In this document: in pieces, positions 43,865-53,606 of the stretch
Layout of the letters: the number at the start of each line of letters is the position of its first letter
Numbering within the stretch: the first letter of the stretch is position 1
Source of the DNA: a bacterium
GTDB taxonomy: Bacteria; UBA8248
Reading direction: 5' to 3'
Length of the DNA stretch: 64,000 bases
Assembly: GCA_965200245.1 (NCBI GenBank)
Contig: CBDATS010000002.1
Coordinates: 192,001 to 256,000, forward strand
Made by a program: the position numbers and the translations under genes
The notes under the pieces: model-generated
Seen by the model: only the letters and a program-made list of their open reading frames with translations
The model's database searches: none
Told to the model about the DNA's origin: nothing

Positions 43865-44506
43865 TTGATAGAGCGCATGGAACTGTTCCGCACGGTGGCG
43901 GAGCGAAGGACAAATGAGATAGTGGTGATGACCATGACGGCCACCCTGCAGTGGCCGCTGGTTTCACAGAGTGAACTCGATTTCGATTTTCTCGCCTTCG
44001 GTATGGGACATGCCGCCGATTTCGGCCTTGGCCTCGCCATCGCCCGGCCCGAGCGAAAAACCATCGTCTGGAAAGGCGACGGAGGAATACTCATGAGCCT
44101 GGGTTCTCTGGTCACGCTGGCCAGGTATGCGCCGGAAAACCTCGTGGTATTTCTGCTTGAAAACAGGAGCTACGAGATGGTGGGCGGGCAGGAGCTTTCC
44201 CCGCGAGCCAATTTCGTCAAACTGGCGTGCGCCTCGGGCTTCGAGGGTGGCGGTGCGACGTCCAAAGGCAAGGTGGAACGCATTGATTCCCTCAAGGCAT
44301 TTCAGGACGCCCTGCCCCGCATACTCACCGAGGCGGGTCCTCACTTCATCGTATTGCCGGTTACCAACAGGGAAAAACTTCCGCCGGTGAATCATTCGGA
44401 TCATGCAGGAAGAATCCAAACCCTGAGAAACGCGCTGAACGTCTCCAGAACCCTGACACGGCTTACCCATGAATCAGTATCTTCTCCAATTCATCGAGTG
44501 AGTTGA
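43865..44506 (+). CDS. ThDP-dependent decarboxylase beta subunit (ComE-like)
   Basis: GMGHA..FGLGLA, GDGG.LM.LG, ENRSYEMVGGQ. Confidence 0.78.
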   Translation: MIERMELFRTVAERRTNEIVVMTMTATLQWPLVSQSELDFDFLAFGMGHAADFGLGLAIARPERKTIVWKGDGGILMSLGSLVTLARYAPENLVVFLLENRSYEMVGGQELSPRANFVKLACASGFEGGGATSKGKVERIDSLKAFQDALPRILTEAGPHFIVLPVTNREKLPPVNHSDHAGRIQTLRNALNVSRTLTRLTHESVSSPIHRVS

Positions 44507-45205
44507 TTTCCGCGTCGATTTCATGCGGGACGCGTTCCTTCTTTTGCCCGAATCGATTGACCCATACGACGCGGTACCCGAAATGAGAAGCGCCCGCGAT
44601 GTCCCAGCCGTTCGAGGAGAAAAAGCAGATTCTGTCGGCGGGAACTCCGAGGCGATCCACCGCAAGTTGATAGACCGATGCGTGCACCTTGAATATCCCG
44701 ACGCTCTCTACAGAGAGAACATCCTCGACATATTCCTCGATTCCGGCGTTTTCCACCGCGCTTTCAAGCATTTCGGGAGATCCGTTCGATAGAATCGCGG
44801 CCCTCATCCCGTCTGCGCGGAGCTTTTTTAGCACGCCCTTTACTTCAGGATATGCATTCAGCCGCCTGTAGAGCGCCATCAGTTCCTCACGAAGTTCCGG
44901 TCTTTCCATTCCCAGCGTTTCCAGGGCGAAATCGAGCGCATCGCCTGTCACTTGCCAGAAATCCGCGTGGCAACCCATCAGACTTCTCAGCCACGTATAT
45001 TCGATCTGCTTGGTTCGCCAGAGAGAAGAGAGCGCCTGCCACTTCTCGCCGATTTCCGATTGTTTTTCTGCCGCCGCAGCGGATACGTCAAAGAGGGTGC
45101 CGTAGGCGTCGAACAGGCATCTGCCGCCGCAGCGGATACGTCAAAGAGGGTGCCGTAGGCGTCGAACAGGCACAGGTCGATTTCGCGATCTCCCAACAGG
45201 AGCAT
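44463..45205 (-). pseudogene. Haloacid dehalogenase type II, frameshifted by a 53-bp tandem duplication
   Basis: FDAYGTLFDV, WRTKQIEYTW, ILSNG, FKVH..VY, SSNGWD..GA. Removing one repeat copy restores the frame. Confidence 0.88.
45067..45172. repeat. 53-bp exact tandem duplication (2 copies)
   Basis: TCTGCCGCCGCAGCGGATACGTCAAAGAGGGTGCCGTAGGCGTCGAACAGGCA twice. Confidence 0.93.
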
Positions 45206-45237
45206 CTGCCCTGCCTCCTCAAAATACGGTCGTTCTC

Positions 45238-46212
45238 CTAAGGGACCAAGTTTATCTTGCCCAGGAATTTTCCGCTCAGCAGAACTTCGTGCGACTCGTT
45301 GGCTTGCTCCACCGGAAATTCCCGTCCGATGTGGGGCTTGATGGTTCCACTCTCCAGCAAGGGCTCCAGACGCCTGAGGATACCCGGAACAAGAGGGCTC
45401 AAATTGCCCGAGGAGAGCGCCAGTATCCTGGCGTCCCGACCCATGGCCGCGGGCAAGGCAATCGTCACTTCCGGCCCTTTGCCGGTTCCCGTTCCGACGA
45501 CGACGATTCGGCCGTTGATGGCGTTAAGCCTGATGTCCGAAGGCAGATTGTCACAGCCCACGTTTTCGACGACCACCTCGACGCCACGACCGGAAGTCAG
45601 TTCCATCACGCGTTCGGGCACGTCTTCTTCCCTGTAGTTGATGGCCGCTTCGGCCCCTGCCGCAAGACAGAAATCCGCTTTTTCGCTTGAACTCACGGTC
45701 GCAAACACACGGCAGCCTATCGTGCGGGCAAGCTGAACCGCCAGATAGCCCACGCCGCCGGCTCCACCTTGTACGAGCACGCAGTCACCCGGAGCCGCCT
45801 CTCCCTTCACGACCAAGGCGTTCCAGGCGGTGAGCAGAGGGATGGGCAGTGCGGCCCCTTTTCCAAAGGGCATCGAATCCGGCAGCTTTCCTGTCGATTC
45901 TGCCGGCAGCAGCCCTTTTTCGGCGTATGCCCCCGTGGAAGCACGGCCCCACACCCTATCACCCGGAGCAAACGCCTCGACGCCTTCGCCCACCGCCTCG
46001 ACCTCGCCCGCGACGTCCGTGCCGCACGTATAAGGCAGCGTCATCGCCCTGGCCCGCGGATGGTTCCCGGTACGAATCGCCACTTCCAGAGGGTTCACCC
46101 CTGCAGCAACGATTCGCACCAGCATCTCACCCGGCCCGGGCCTTGGCTCCTCCACGTCTTCCACTATCATGGGATGTTCAAGCCCGAACTGCGTCACTCT
46201 CACAGCTTTCAT
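45238..46212 (-). CDS. NADPH:quinone reductase (zeta-crystallin/MDR family)
   Basis: GVNP, GAYAE, TAW, QGGAGGVG, INY, GKI. Confidence 0.9.
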   Translation of the reverse strand: MKAVRVTQFGLEHPMIVEDVEEPRPGPGEMLVRIVAAGVNPLEVAIRTGNHPRARAMTLPYTCGTDVAGEVEAVGEGVEAFAPGDRVWGRASTGAYAEKGLLPAESTGKLPDSMPFGKGAALPIPLLTAWNALVVKGEAAPGDCVLVQGGAGGVGYLAVQLARTIGCRVFATVSSSEKADFCLAAGAEAAINYREEDVPERVMELTSGRGVEVVVENVGCDNLPSDIRLNAINGRIVVVGTGTGKGPEVTIALPAAMGRDARILALSSGNLSPLVPGILRRLEPLLESGTIKPHIGREFPVEQANESHEVLLSGKFLGKINLVP

Positions 46213-46242
46213 CTCATTCTCCTTCAGCGCCTCGGCCCGCCG

Positions 46243-47217
46243 TTACGGAACCAAGACGACTTTCCCCAAAAACTGACCCTCCAGAACATAGTCATGCGCC
46301 TCGTTCGCTTCCTCGAAACCCGACGTCCTGTCAACATTGACTCGAAACGCGCCCTCTCGCAGCAAGGGCGTGAAGCGGCGCACCAACTCCGGCATTTTCG
46401 GAAACAGATTCACCACGGCCAGCCCCAGCACCACGGCGTCTTTCGTCATGACCGCAGGTACCCGGAATTCCGCCCCCGGACCTTTCCCCGTGCCCGTACC
46501 GATGACAATGATTTTTCCATCCACGCGGATGGCGTCCAAGTCCTTGTCGAAATTGTCGCACGCGCAAAGCTCGACGATGACATCGACGCCGCGCCCGCCA
46601 GTGAACTCCATGCAACGTTCAGCGAAATCCTCCTCGCGGTAGTTGATTGTCTCATCCGCACCCATGTCTTTGCAGAATTGCGCCTTCGCATCGGAACTCA
46701 CGGTAGCAAACACGCGACAGCCCAGACGTTTGGCGAGCTGAATCGCCGCCATGCCGACGCCCCCGGCACCGCCTTGCACCAGCACCGTCTCACCGGGACC
46801 CGCCTGCGCCTTGATGACGAGCGCATTCCAGGCCGTATAGAACGCAACGGTAATGCACGCGCCCTCTTCATAGGAATAAGTCTCGGGCAATTCCGCCGTG
46901 GCGTTGGCCGCAAGCCGCACGTTCTCGGCGTAGCTACCGCCGATAGCGCGACCATACACGCGCTGACCGATCTGCCAGCCCTCCACGCCCTCTCCCAGGG
47001 CAATGATTTCCCCGGCCGCCTCGGCTCCCGGAATGTACGGCGGAGTAACCAGTTTAGCGTATGGGTGTTTTGCGGCCCGTATGGCCAGATCCACCGGGTT
47101 AATGCCGACCGCCCCGGCCTGAATCAGTACTTCACCAGGTCCTGGCTTCGCGTCTTCCACCTCGTCCACCCGCATGGGAACATCCATGTTGAATTGATGT
47201 ACGCGCACTGCTTTCAT
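46243..47217 (-). CDS. NADPH:quinone reductase (zeta-crystallin/MDR family), tandem paralogue
   Basis: GINPVD, GSYAE, TAWNALVIK, QGGAGGVG, INYREED. Confidence 0.9.
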   Translation of the reverse strand: MKAVRVHQFNMDVPMRVDEVEDAKPGPGEVLIQAGAVGINPVDLAIRAAKHPYAKLVTPPYIPGAEAAGEIIALGEGVEGWQIGQRVYGRAIGGSYAENVRLAANATAELPETYSYEEGACITVAFYTAWNALVIKAQAGPGETVLVQGGAGGVGMAAIQLAKRLGCRVFATVSSDAKAQFCKDMGADETINYREEDFAERCMEFTGGRGVDVIVELCACDNFDKDLDAIRVDGKIIVIGTGTGKGPGAEFRVPAVMTKDAVVLGLAVVNLFPKMPELVRRFTPLLREGAFRVNVDRTSGFEEANEAHDYVLEGQFLGKVVLVP

Positions 47218-47314
47218 CAGAATTTCCACTCCTCAGTTTTGAGAACCAGTCCGAAAATTATCGGACAATGTAAAGAATCCGCCTCATACCTTATCAAAGA
47301 CATGCGAAAAATCG

Positions 47315-48166
47315 CTAAAACTCATCCGTCCAACTCCTGCGGCGTCTTTCGCCGGCGTCACACGCAGGAGCCGTTCTCGCTACCAGAACGGGACTTTCAT
47401 GAGGGTGCACCAAATCATTCGCCAGTCGCTTTTCCTTCTCCGGCCGTCCAACTATCTCCAGAATCAGTTTCCTGCGAATGCCGTGCCCGAAAGTCCTGAA
47501 ATCCTTTGCAACCACCAGGAAAGCGCGCCTGCCCCCGATAACGCACTTTCTGTAATACGAATCCAGATTCGGCATCGGCATTCTTCCCCAGGGGCTCGGA
47601 CGGTCGTTCACGATGGGAAGCCCGTTTATCGTGACTCCGGCTCTAATTGCCCTGTCCCGAGCTTGCACCACAAATTCCCCGCTGTTGTTCGGCCCGTCTC
47701 CTGATATGTCGATAACGCGGCGCTCACTCGTGAATCCGTTGTTGTCAAACAGCGGCAGCGCAAAATCAATCGCACCACTAATCGACGTGTAAGGCCCCAC
47801 CCCGATCGGTTCACGGGCGAGCCGGGAGGCGAACTCCTCGGCACTTGCCTCGTCATGAATCCGCTGCCAGTTCACCACTATACTCTGGGAATCGAAACCC
47901 GCCCACTCCATATAGGTGACCGCAATGCTTTTATGCCTTCCCGATCGAATGGCACGCAAGACAGAGGGGGAACGAAAAGCGTCCACATACCCCATTCGCT
48001 GGAGTTTGCCTTCTTCCTCATCGACGCTTCCGGAAACATCAACGGCCAGAACCAGTTGCAAATCCACACTGACCGGAGCAGGCCACGCGAATTGCACCGG
48101 GGCAGAAAACGCGAACGTCGCAATGAGAACCATCAGTATCCTGGCTTTACGGCTCATCTCTCTCAC
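47315..48166 (-). CDS. DUF1194 (VWA-like) exported protein
   Basis: Signal peptide, LVLAVDVSGSVD, IDISGDGPNN, TINGL, YY..CVIGG, RRKLILEI. Confidence 0.85.
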   Translation of the reverse strand: MREMSRKARILMVLIATFAFSAPVQFAWPAPVSVDLQLVLAVDVSGSVDEEEGKLQRMGYVDAFRSPSVLRAIRSGRHKSIAVTYMEWAGFDSQSIVVNWQRIHDEASAEEFASRLAREPIGVGPYTSISGAIDFALPLFDNNGFTSERRVIDISGDGPNNSGEFVVQARDRAIRAGVTINGLPIVNDRPSPWGRMPMPNLDSYYRKCVIGGRRAFLVVAKDFRTFGHGIRRKLILEIVGRPEKEKRLANDLVHPHESPVLVARTAPACDAGERRRRSWTDEF

Positions 48167-48203
48167 CTTGCCCCGAACTCTTGCAAACGGCAGGGTTTCG
48201 TTT

Positions 48204-49214
48204 CTACCTTATCGTTTCGGATACCGATTGCAGTTCGTAGCGAATCTGCTCCACCAGGGAGGCGTACATGTGTTCCGTCGTAAACAACTCCTCGGTTTCT
48301 TCATTCATTTCTTTACGTTTACCCAAGCCGTAATCGCAACGATCCACTCTCCACTGCGCAAACCGTCGATAAAGTGTCAGGATTTCACTTTCCTTTTTCG
48401 CAAGTCGCGACTGCAGCCTGACGTATTCCGATCGTGCGCGAGCGTAGTCCTTCTCGATGAAGTAGCTTTCGGCAAGTGCAATATCGTACAAGACGTTTTT
48501 CGGAAATCGCTCGCGCAGGAACCCGATGTCTTTTCTCGCCTGTTTGAATTTTTCCACCCGCAAGAGCGCCCAGAAAAGGGCCATTCGCGCCGAGTTGGAA
48601 ACCCATTTGCCTCCCTCCACGGCGCGGCGTAAATACTTTCTGCCCTTCCCGCTCGTATCACCGATGAAAAACCGGAACATTCTCACCCAGCTTTCCGTAC
48701 TCCCCCTGACGTGATAGATACCGAGCCCGTAATAGGCATCGTGAAGTTTCGAGTCGAGTTCGACCGCTTTTTCCAGGTATTTCTCCATCGAGCCTGCCCG
48801 CAGGAACGCGATCAGATAGCTGCTGTTATCGAGTGCATCGACGATACGCATGCCTTCCGTCAGACCGGCCAGGAGGAGGGCCCTCGCATCTTTCGGGTTA
48901 CTGTCAAGCAAGTCCTTGCAGATGGCGAGCGCTTTCTCCGCGTTGTTCCGCCAAGTCTCGATATAGTCCTTGCGCTGGATATGTTCTTTGAGCAGATGGA
49001 AAACGGATGCCTTGAAGAAATATCCCTCGGGACGCCCGGGTGCCGATGCGATCACGCGGTCGAACGTACCCGCCGCCTCCGAATAATCGCCAGCGGCAAT
49101 CTGCCCGAGTCCAAGATCGATTGATTTCTCATCCAGGGATGCGCCATGGGACACGTTCGTCGATACCGAGAAAACGATAAAAACAATGATTATTTTCAGA
49201 TAATGGGCCACCAT
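48204..49214 (-). CDS. Exported TPR protein
   Basis: Signal-like N-terminus and TPR motifs such as DAYYGLGIY. Confidence 0.7.
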   Translation of the reverse strand: MVAHYLKIIIVFIVFSVSTNVSHGASLDEKSIDLGLGQIAAGDYSEAAGTFDRVIASAPGRPEGYFFKASVFHLLKEHIQRKDYIETWRNNAEKALAICKDLLDSNPKDARALLLAGLTEGMRIVDALDNSSYLIAFLRAGSMEKYLEKAVELDSKLHDAYYGLGIYHVRGSTESWVRMFRFFIGDTSGKGRKYLRRAVEGGKWVSNSARMALFWALLRVEKFKQARKDIGFLRERFPKNVLYDIALAESYFIEKDYARARSEYVRLQSRLAKKESEILTLYRRFAQWRVDRCDYGLGKRKEMNEETEELFTTEHMYASLVEQIRYELQSVSETIR

Positions 49215-49353
49215 GTACCCTCCGGCGCCTGACGCGCTTGGACTTGGGCTCTGAATAGGGCGGACAACACCACAATCTACGATTTGCCCGCTTACTGGAT
49301 TAAGCCTATCGTAGTATTGATGATTCGGGTATTTCAACCAGAGAGAATCGACA

Positions 49354-50679
49354 ATGTCGGACATCAAGCCTCCAGATGCGGCGATTCGGATTATCCAGAC
49401 ATTGGAAGCGGCGGGCCACCGGGCACTCCTGGCAGGCGGATGCGTGAGGGACGCTTTATTGGGTCTCGAACCGAAAGACTGGGACATCGCCACGGATGCT
49501 GAACCAGGAATCGTACAGAACCGATTCCAGGAAACGGTTGCAGTGGGAGCGCAGTTCGGTGTGGTCATCGTGAAGGTGGACGGTTGCGACTTCGAAGTGG
49601 CGCAATTTCGTAAAGACGGTCCCTACGGCGACGGGAGGCATCCCGACTCGACCCGTCCCTCAGGTGAGCAGGGAGACGCGCGGCGACGCGATTTCACGAT
49701 CAACGGAATGTTCTACGACGTATCGGCGAATCGGGTGTTCGACTACGTGGGCGGGCGGCGCGACCTTGAAGACGGGATCATCCGGGCCATCGGAGATGCA
49801 AATCTCAGGTTCCGGGAAGACCATTTGCGGATGATGCGGGCGATTCGTTTCTCGACGAGGTTTGGCTTCACCCTCGATTCGGCAACCGCCGCCGCCATCA
49901 AGGCCAACGCAGGGCTTATCGGGAAAATCAGCGCCGAGCGGATTCGAGACGAACTGACGAAGATACTCACTGCGCAAAACGTCGACGCCGCCTTCGCCAT
50001 GCTCGACGACCTGGGCCTGCTCGAACGGGTACTGCCCGAAGTCACCGCGATGAAGGGCGTGGCGCAGCCACCTGAATTCCATCCCGAAGGCGACGTGTGG
50101 ACGCACGTGCTTGCCATGCTGCGCACCATGGGCTCCGGCTCGTCTGCACTCGCCTGGGGCGTGCTACTCCACGACGTGGGAAAACCTGTCACATATACCG
50201 AAACGGACAGAATCCGCTTCAACGGACACGACAAGGTCGGCGCGGCGATGAGCACGGAAATTTGCGAGAGGCTGCGAATGCCGAAATCGGAGGCAGTGAG
50301 AATTCACGACCTGGTCGCTCACCACATGCGCTTCATTAACGTCGAGAAAATGCGCAAGAGCCGCCTGAAACGCTTCATGCGCGAACCGTTTTTCGAGGAA
50401 TTGCTCGAACTGCACCGAATCGACTGCCTTGCGAGCCACGGGAATCTGAGGACGCATGGATTCTGCACAAAAAAACTCGCGGAATTTCGCGAGGAAGCCC
50501 TGCGTCCACCGCGCCTGCTCGATGGACGCGAACTCATGGCGATGGGCTATCCGGCAGAGCGCAGGCTGGGCGAAATCATCTTCGCGCTCGAAGACGAACA
50601 ACTTGAAGGCGGTATATCCACCAAGGAAACGGCCAGGGAATTCGTCCGGCGCAATTTTCCGCTTTCCGGCGATGATTGA
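49354..50679 (+). CDS. Class II CCA tRNA nucleotidyltransferase / poly(A) polymerase family protein with HD domain
   Basis: GGCVRD...DWDIAT, RRDFTING, EDHLRMMRAIRF, SAERIRDE, HPEGDVWTH, LHDVGK. Confidence 0.93.
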   Translation: MSDIKPPDAAIRIIQTLEAAGHRALLAGGCVRDALLGLEPKDWDIATDAEPGIVQNRFQETVAVGAQFGVVIVKVDGCDFEVAQFRKDGPYGDGRHPDSTRPSGEQGDARRRDFTINGMFYDVSANRVFDYVGGRRDLEDGIIRAIGDANLRFREDHLRMMRAIRFSTRFGFTLDSATAAAIKANAGLIGKISAERIRDELTKILTAQNVDAAFAMLDDLGLLERVLPEVTAMKGVAQPPEFHPEGDVWTHVLAMLRTMGSGSSALAWGVLLHDVGKPVTYTETDRIRFNGHDKVGAAMSTEICERLRMPKSEAVRIHDLVAHHMRFINVEKMRKSRLKRFMREPFFEELLELHRIDCLASHGNLRTHGFCTKKLAEFREEALRPPRLLDGRELMAMGYPAERRLGEIIFALEDEQLEGGISTKETAREFVRRNFPLSGDD

Positions 50680-50748
50680 ACCTTTGATTCGGGCATCCAT
50701 CGGCACCAGGATACCCCCCATCGATACCCTTATGCTATGGACACCTTT

Positions 50749-51282
50749 ATGACGCAAATATCCATCATGACGGAGCAGGAACTCGCACTTTCGCTCAACA
50801 GAATCGCCTCGGAGATGGTCGAGGCGTGTGCAGCGGAGGGGAACATAGCGCTCATCGGCGTACTCACCCGCGGAGAGCCGCTGGCGAGGCGGCTGGCACA
50901 GTACATCGAAGAACTAGAGGGAATCTCCCCTCTTCTGGGTGCGCTCGACATCGGTGTCCACCGAGATGACGGCGGTCATCCTGCCGAGCGGCGCGGCTTC
51001 GAACCCACCCTCATCGATTTCGACCTCACGAACCGCGGCGTATTCCTTGTCGACGACGTCTTCTTCACAGGCCGGACGGTACGCGCGGCGCTCGACGCCA
51101 TAATGGAGCTCGGCCGCCCGCGCAAGATATGGCTCGCCGCCCTGATCGACCGCGGCCACAGGGAACTTCCCTTCCGGCCAGACTTCATCGGCAAGAACGT
51201 GCCCACCTCGCTCAATGAGCACATCCACGTCAGGATGCGCGAGGTGGACGGCGAGGACGGTGTCTGGCTGCAGAAGCGCTGA
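50749..51282 (+). CDS. pyrR: Bifunctional pyr operon regulator / UPRTase PyrR
   Basis: TRG, HRDD, LVDDVFFTGRTVRAA, DRGHRELP, GKNVPT. Confidence 0.95.
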   Translation: MTQISIMTEQELALSLNRIASEMVEACAAEGNIALIGVLTRGEPLARRLAQYIEELEGISPLLGALDIGVHRDDGGHPAERRGFEPTLIDFDLTNRGVFLVDDVFFTGRTVRAALDAIMELGRPRKIWLAALIDRGHRELPFRPDFIGKNVPTSLNEHIHVRMREVDGEDGVWLQKR

Positions 51283-51473
51283 GTCCATCTCCCGCGAATA
51301 CGGGCAAATACGCCGTCGCGAAATTCCGGAACTACATACTTGAATCCACAAGTCTGAATACCTGAATTTTGGAAAGACGGACTCTACGGCCGCCGGTTTC
51401 CCGGGAGAGCGGGGACACACGGACGGGGTTCCGGGAGGAAGCCTGTTCCTCACCGGAAAAACCCCAAAAATTC

Positions 51474-51567
51474 TTGCGTTCCCATCGGAATATCCCATAT
51501 CCTGTTCATGATGCAAAAAAAACGGAAGCATTGGGGTATCCTCCCCACATTTTCTCGGGAAAGGAGA
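51474..51567 (+). promoter_or_regulatory. Putative sigma70 promoter and RBS of the NHLP precursor
   Basis: TTGCGT-N18-TATCCT, and AAGGAGA 7 nt before the ATG. Confidence 0.3.
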
Positions 51568-51574
51568 CAGGAAC

Positions 51575-51841
51575 ATGAAGACAGCGGCCGAGATGCGGCA
51601 GCAGCTGAGTGAGAAGGCAGGCACGGACGAGGCGTTCCGGCAGAAACTGCTCGACGACCCGCGCGGCACGATCGAAAGCGAGTTCGATGTCGCCCTGCCG
51701 GCCGGTTTTTCGGTTTCGGTGCTCGAGGACAGTGCGGATCATGCGCATCTGGTGATCCCGCCCTCGTCGCTGATCCCCGACAGCGACCTCGAGAGCGTCA
51801 GCGGCGGGGCTCCATGGTACAATGATGGTTGGCCAGAATGA
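51575..51841 (+). CDS. NHLP (nitrile hydratase-like leader) RiPP precursor, proteusin type
   Basis: KA..DEAFRQKLL.DPR..IE...V.LP....V.ED.....HLVIPP...DLESVSGG leader, followed by the core APWYNDGWPE. Confidence 0.88.
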   Translation: MKTAAEMRQQLSEKAGTDEAFRQKLLDDPRGTIESEFDVALPAGFSVSVLEDSADHAHLVIPPSSLIPDSDLESVSGGAPWYNDGWPE

Positions 51842-52820
51842 CCTGGAGACACAAGTTGAAAGACGCCAGTGACGGCGATTATTGGGACGATGCTCGCAGG
51901 TATCAGGGAGATTGGGGTGTCACGATTTCCTGCCCCGGACGGCAACTGATCGTCCAGGGGAAACAGGCCTTTTACCAAAACGCGCGGGTGAGGGTGCCTG
52001 GCGGGCGTTTCTGGCGGCCCGTGGCGTCGAAACTGTCCGGCGCGAGCCAGTGGTCGTGTGCCTGGCGGACAGCAGATCATTCCTCCCGGGTGAGGGAAAA
52101 CCAGGCCGTATCGCGGCTGCGTCCCCTGACGATCACGGTTGATATCAATAAGGGAATTTATATGCGAAACTGCCCACTTTCGGGTTACTGTCAGTTCCGG
52201 TGTATGGGCTGAATGGAAGAAGGCGGCGCATATACTGGTTCTGACAGTAATTCCGCCTGTGACGCAAAACAATACACCCGGAAAACGCAAAATCAGGATA
52301 CTCAGACCTGCGGATTAAGTAGATAATTCCCCGGAATTCTGATCCGAAAAATACCGGCAAATAATCGATAAATTACTTTAGATATTCATGATAACCATTT
52401 GATATTATTTGAATATTTATTTTATTTTACCATAAACATTTTATTGATTCATCGTATTTTCCAGAATTGTGAAATCAGCGCGCATTGATTCGATCCAGGC
52501 ATATTGAATCGCCTGAGCACCTGTTTTCGTCCCGACAGGCCTCCCGCCCTTTCCACAGGATCGGCGAGAAAATCCGTGCGTCAGATGCCGCGGCCTTGAC
52601 GTCAAATACGGGAAATTGCGTGCCGGGGGCAAAGGCCAATGCGCGGATCAGGACAAACAGCGACATGGAAACAGTGGCTTCCAGGTCCTCACGGTGTTCA
52701 GTGGTTCATACAGCCCACACTGGCAGGCAAGATGGAGCGCTGGCCCGTATCTTCAGAGTCTCGTCGGATGTGATCGGTACGTTCTGTTCCTGCAGAATCT
52801 TTTCCTGTCCCGAAAAAACC

Positions 52821-53606
52821 CTATCCTGCCGTATAGCCCCCGTCGGCGTAGAGGATGTGGCCGGTGTAGAAGTCAGACGCGCGCGATGCCAGGAACAGAA
52901 GCGACCCGGCCAGATCTTCGGGCTCGCCAAGCCGCCCCTTTGGTATCCGGCTCACGATACCCTCCCGCACCCGGACCGCCTCGGGAGCGTCGGTGAACAT
53001 CCAGTCGGTCAGGAGCGAGCGGAAGACGGTCGGCCCAATTGCGTTCACGGTGATGCCCGTCGGACCCAACTCGCAGGCAAGCGCCTTCGTGATGCCGTCG
53101 ACCGCGGCCTTCGAAGCGCAATAGGCGGTATAGCCCGCGGGGTGGCCGAGCAGCCCGCGCGTGGAGGAGGCGAGGATTATCCTTCCGCCATCACCCTGCG
53201 CCTTCATCTGGCGCGTCGCGGCACGGGCCAAAAGCCACGACTGTGTGACATTCGCATCCATCACCTCTGCGAACGTCTCAGGCGCCATCTCATCGATCAT
53301 ACCTACCCTGTTAATGCCCGACGCGACTACCAGAATGTCGAGACGGCCATGGGTCTCGACGGCTTTTTCCACCATGGCGTTGGCCACCGTCTCCGATTCA
53401 GGACGCGCATTCACCGTGGCGACTGCAGCCCCAAATTCACGGCACTCGCCCTCGACGGCGTCCAGCGCCTCCGCATTGCCTGCGGTCAGCGTGAGACGGC
53501 ATCCCGCCTCGGCCAGTGTCCGCGCGGCCACTGCGCCGAGTGCGCCCGACGCGCCGGCGACAAGCGCGGAGAGTCCGTTTACGTCGAATAGTTCAGATGT
53601 TTTCAT
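52821..53606 (-). CDS. SDR family oxidoreductase (gluconate 5-dehydrogenase-like)
   Basis: GASGALG, YCASK, VNAIGP, ADGGYT. Confidence 0.9.
   Translation of the reverse strand: MKTSELFDVNGLSALVAGASGALGAVAARTLAEAGCRLTLTAGNAEALDAVEGECREFGAAVATVNARPESETVANAMVEKAVETHGRLDILVVASGINRVGMIDEMAPETFAEVMDANVTQSWLLARAATRQMKAQGDGGRIILASSTRGLLGHPAGYTAYCASKAAVDGITKALACELGPTGITVNAIGPTVFRSLLTDWMFTDAPEAVRVREGIVSRIPKGRLGEPEDLAGSLLFLASRASDFYTGHILYADGGYTAG

Noticed and set aside
51839-51859. TGA after the NHLP core read as selenocysteine
   Set aside because: No convincing SECIS hairpin, another TGA follows six codons later, and YqeB/YqeC indicate the Se-cofactor trait rather than Sec decoding.
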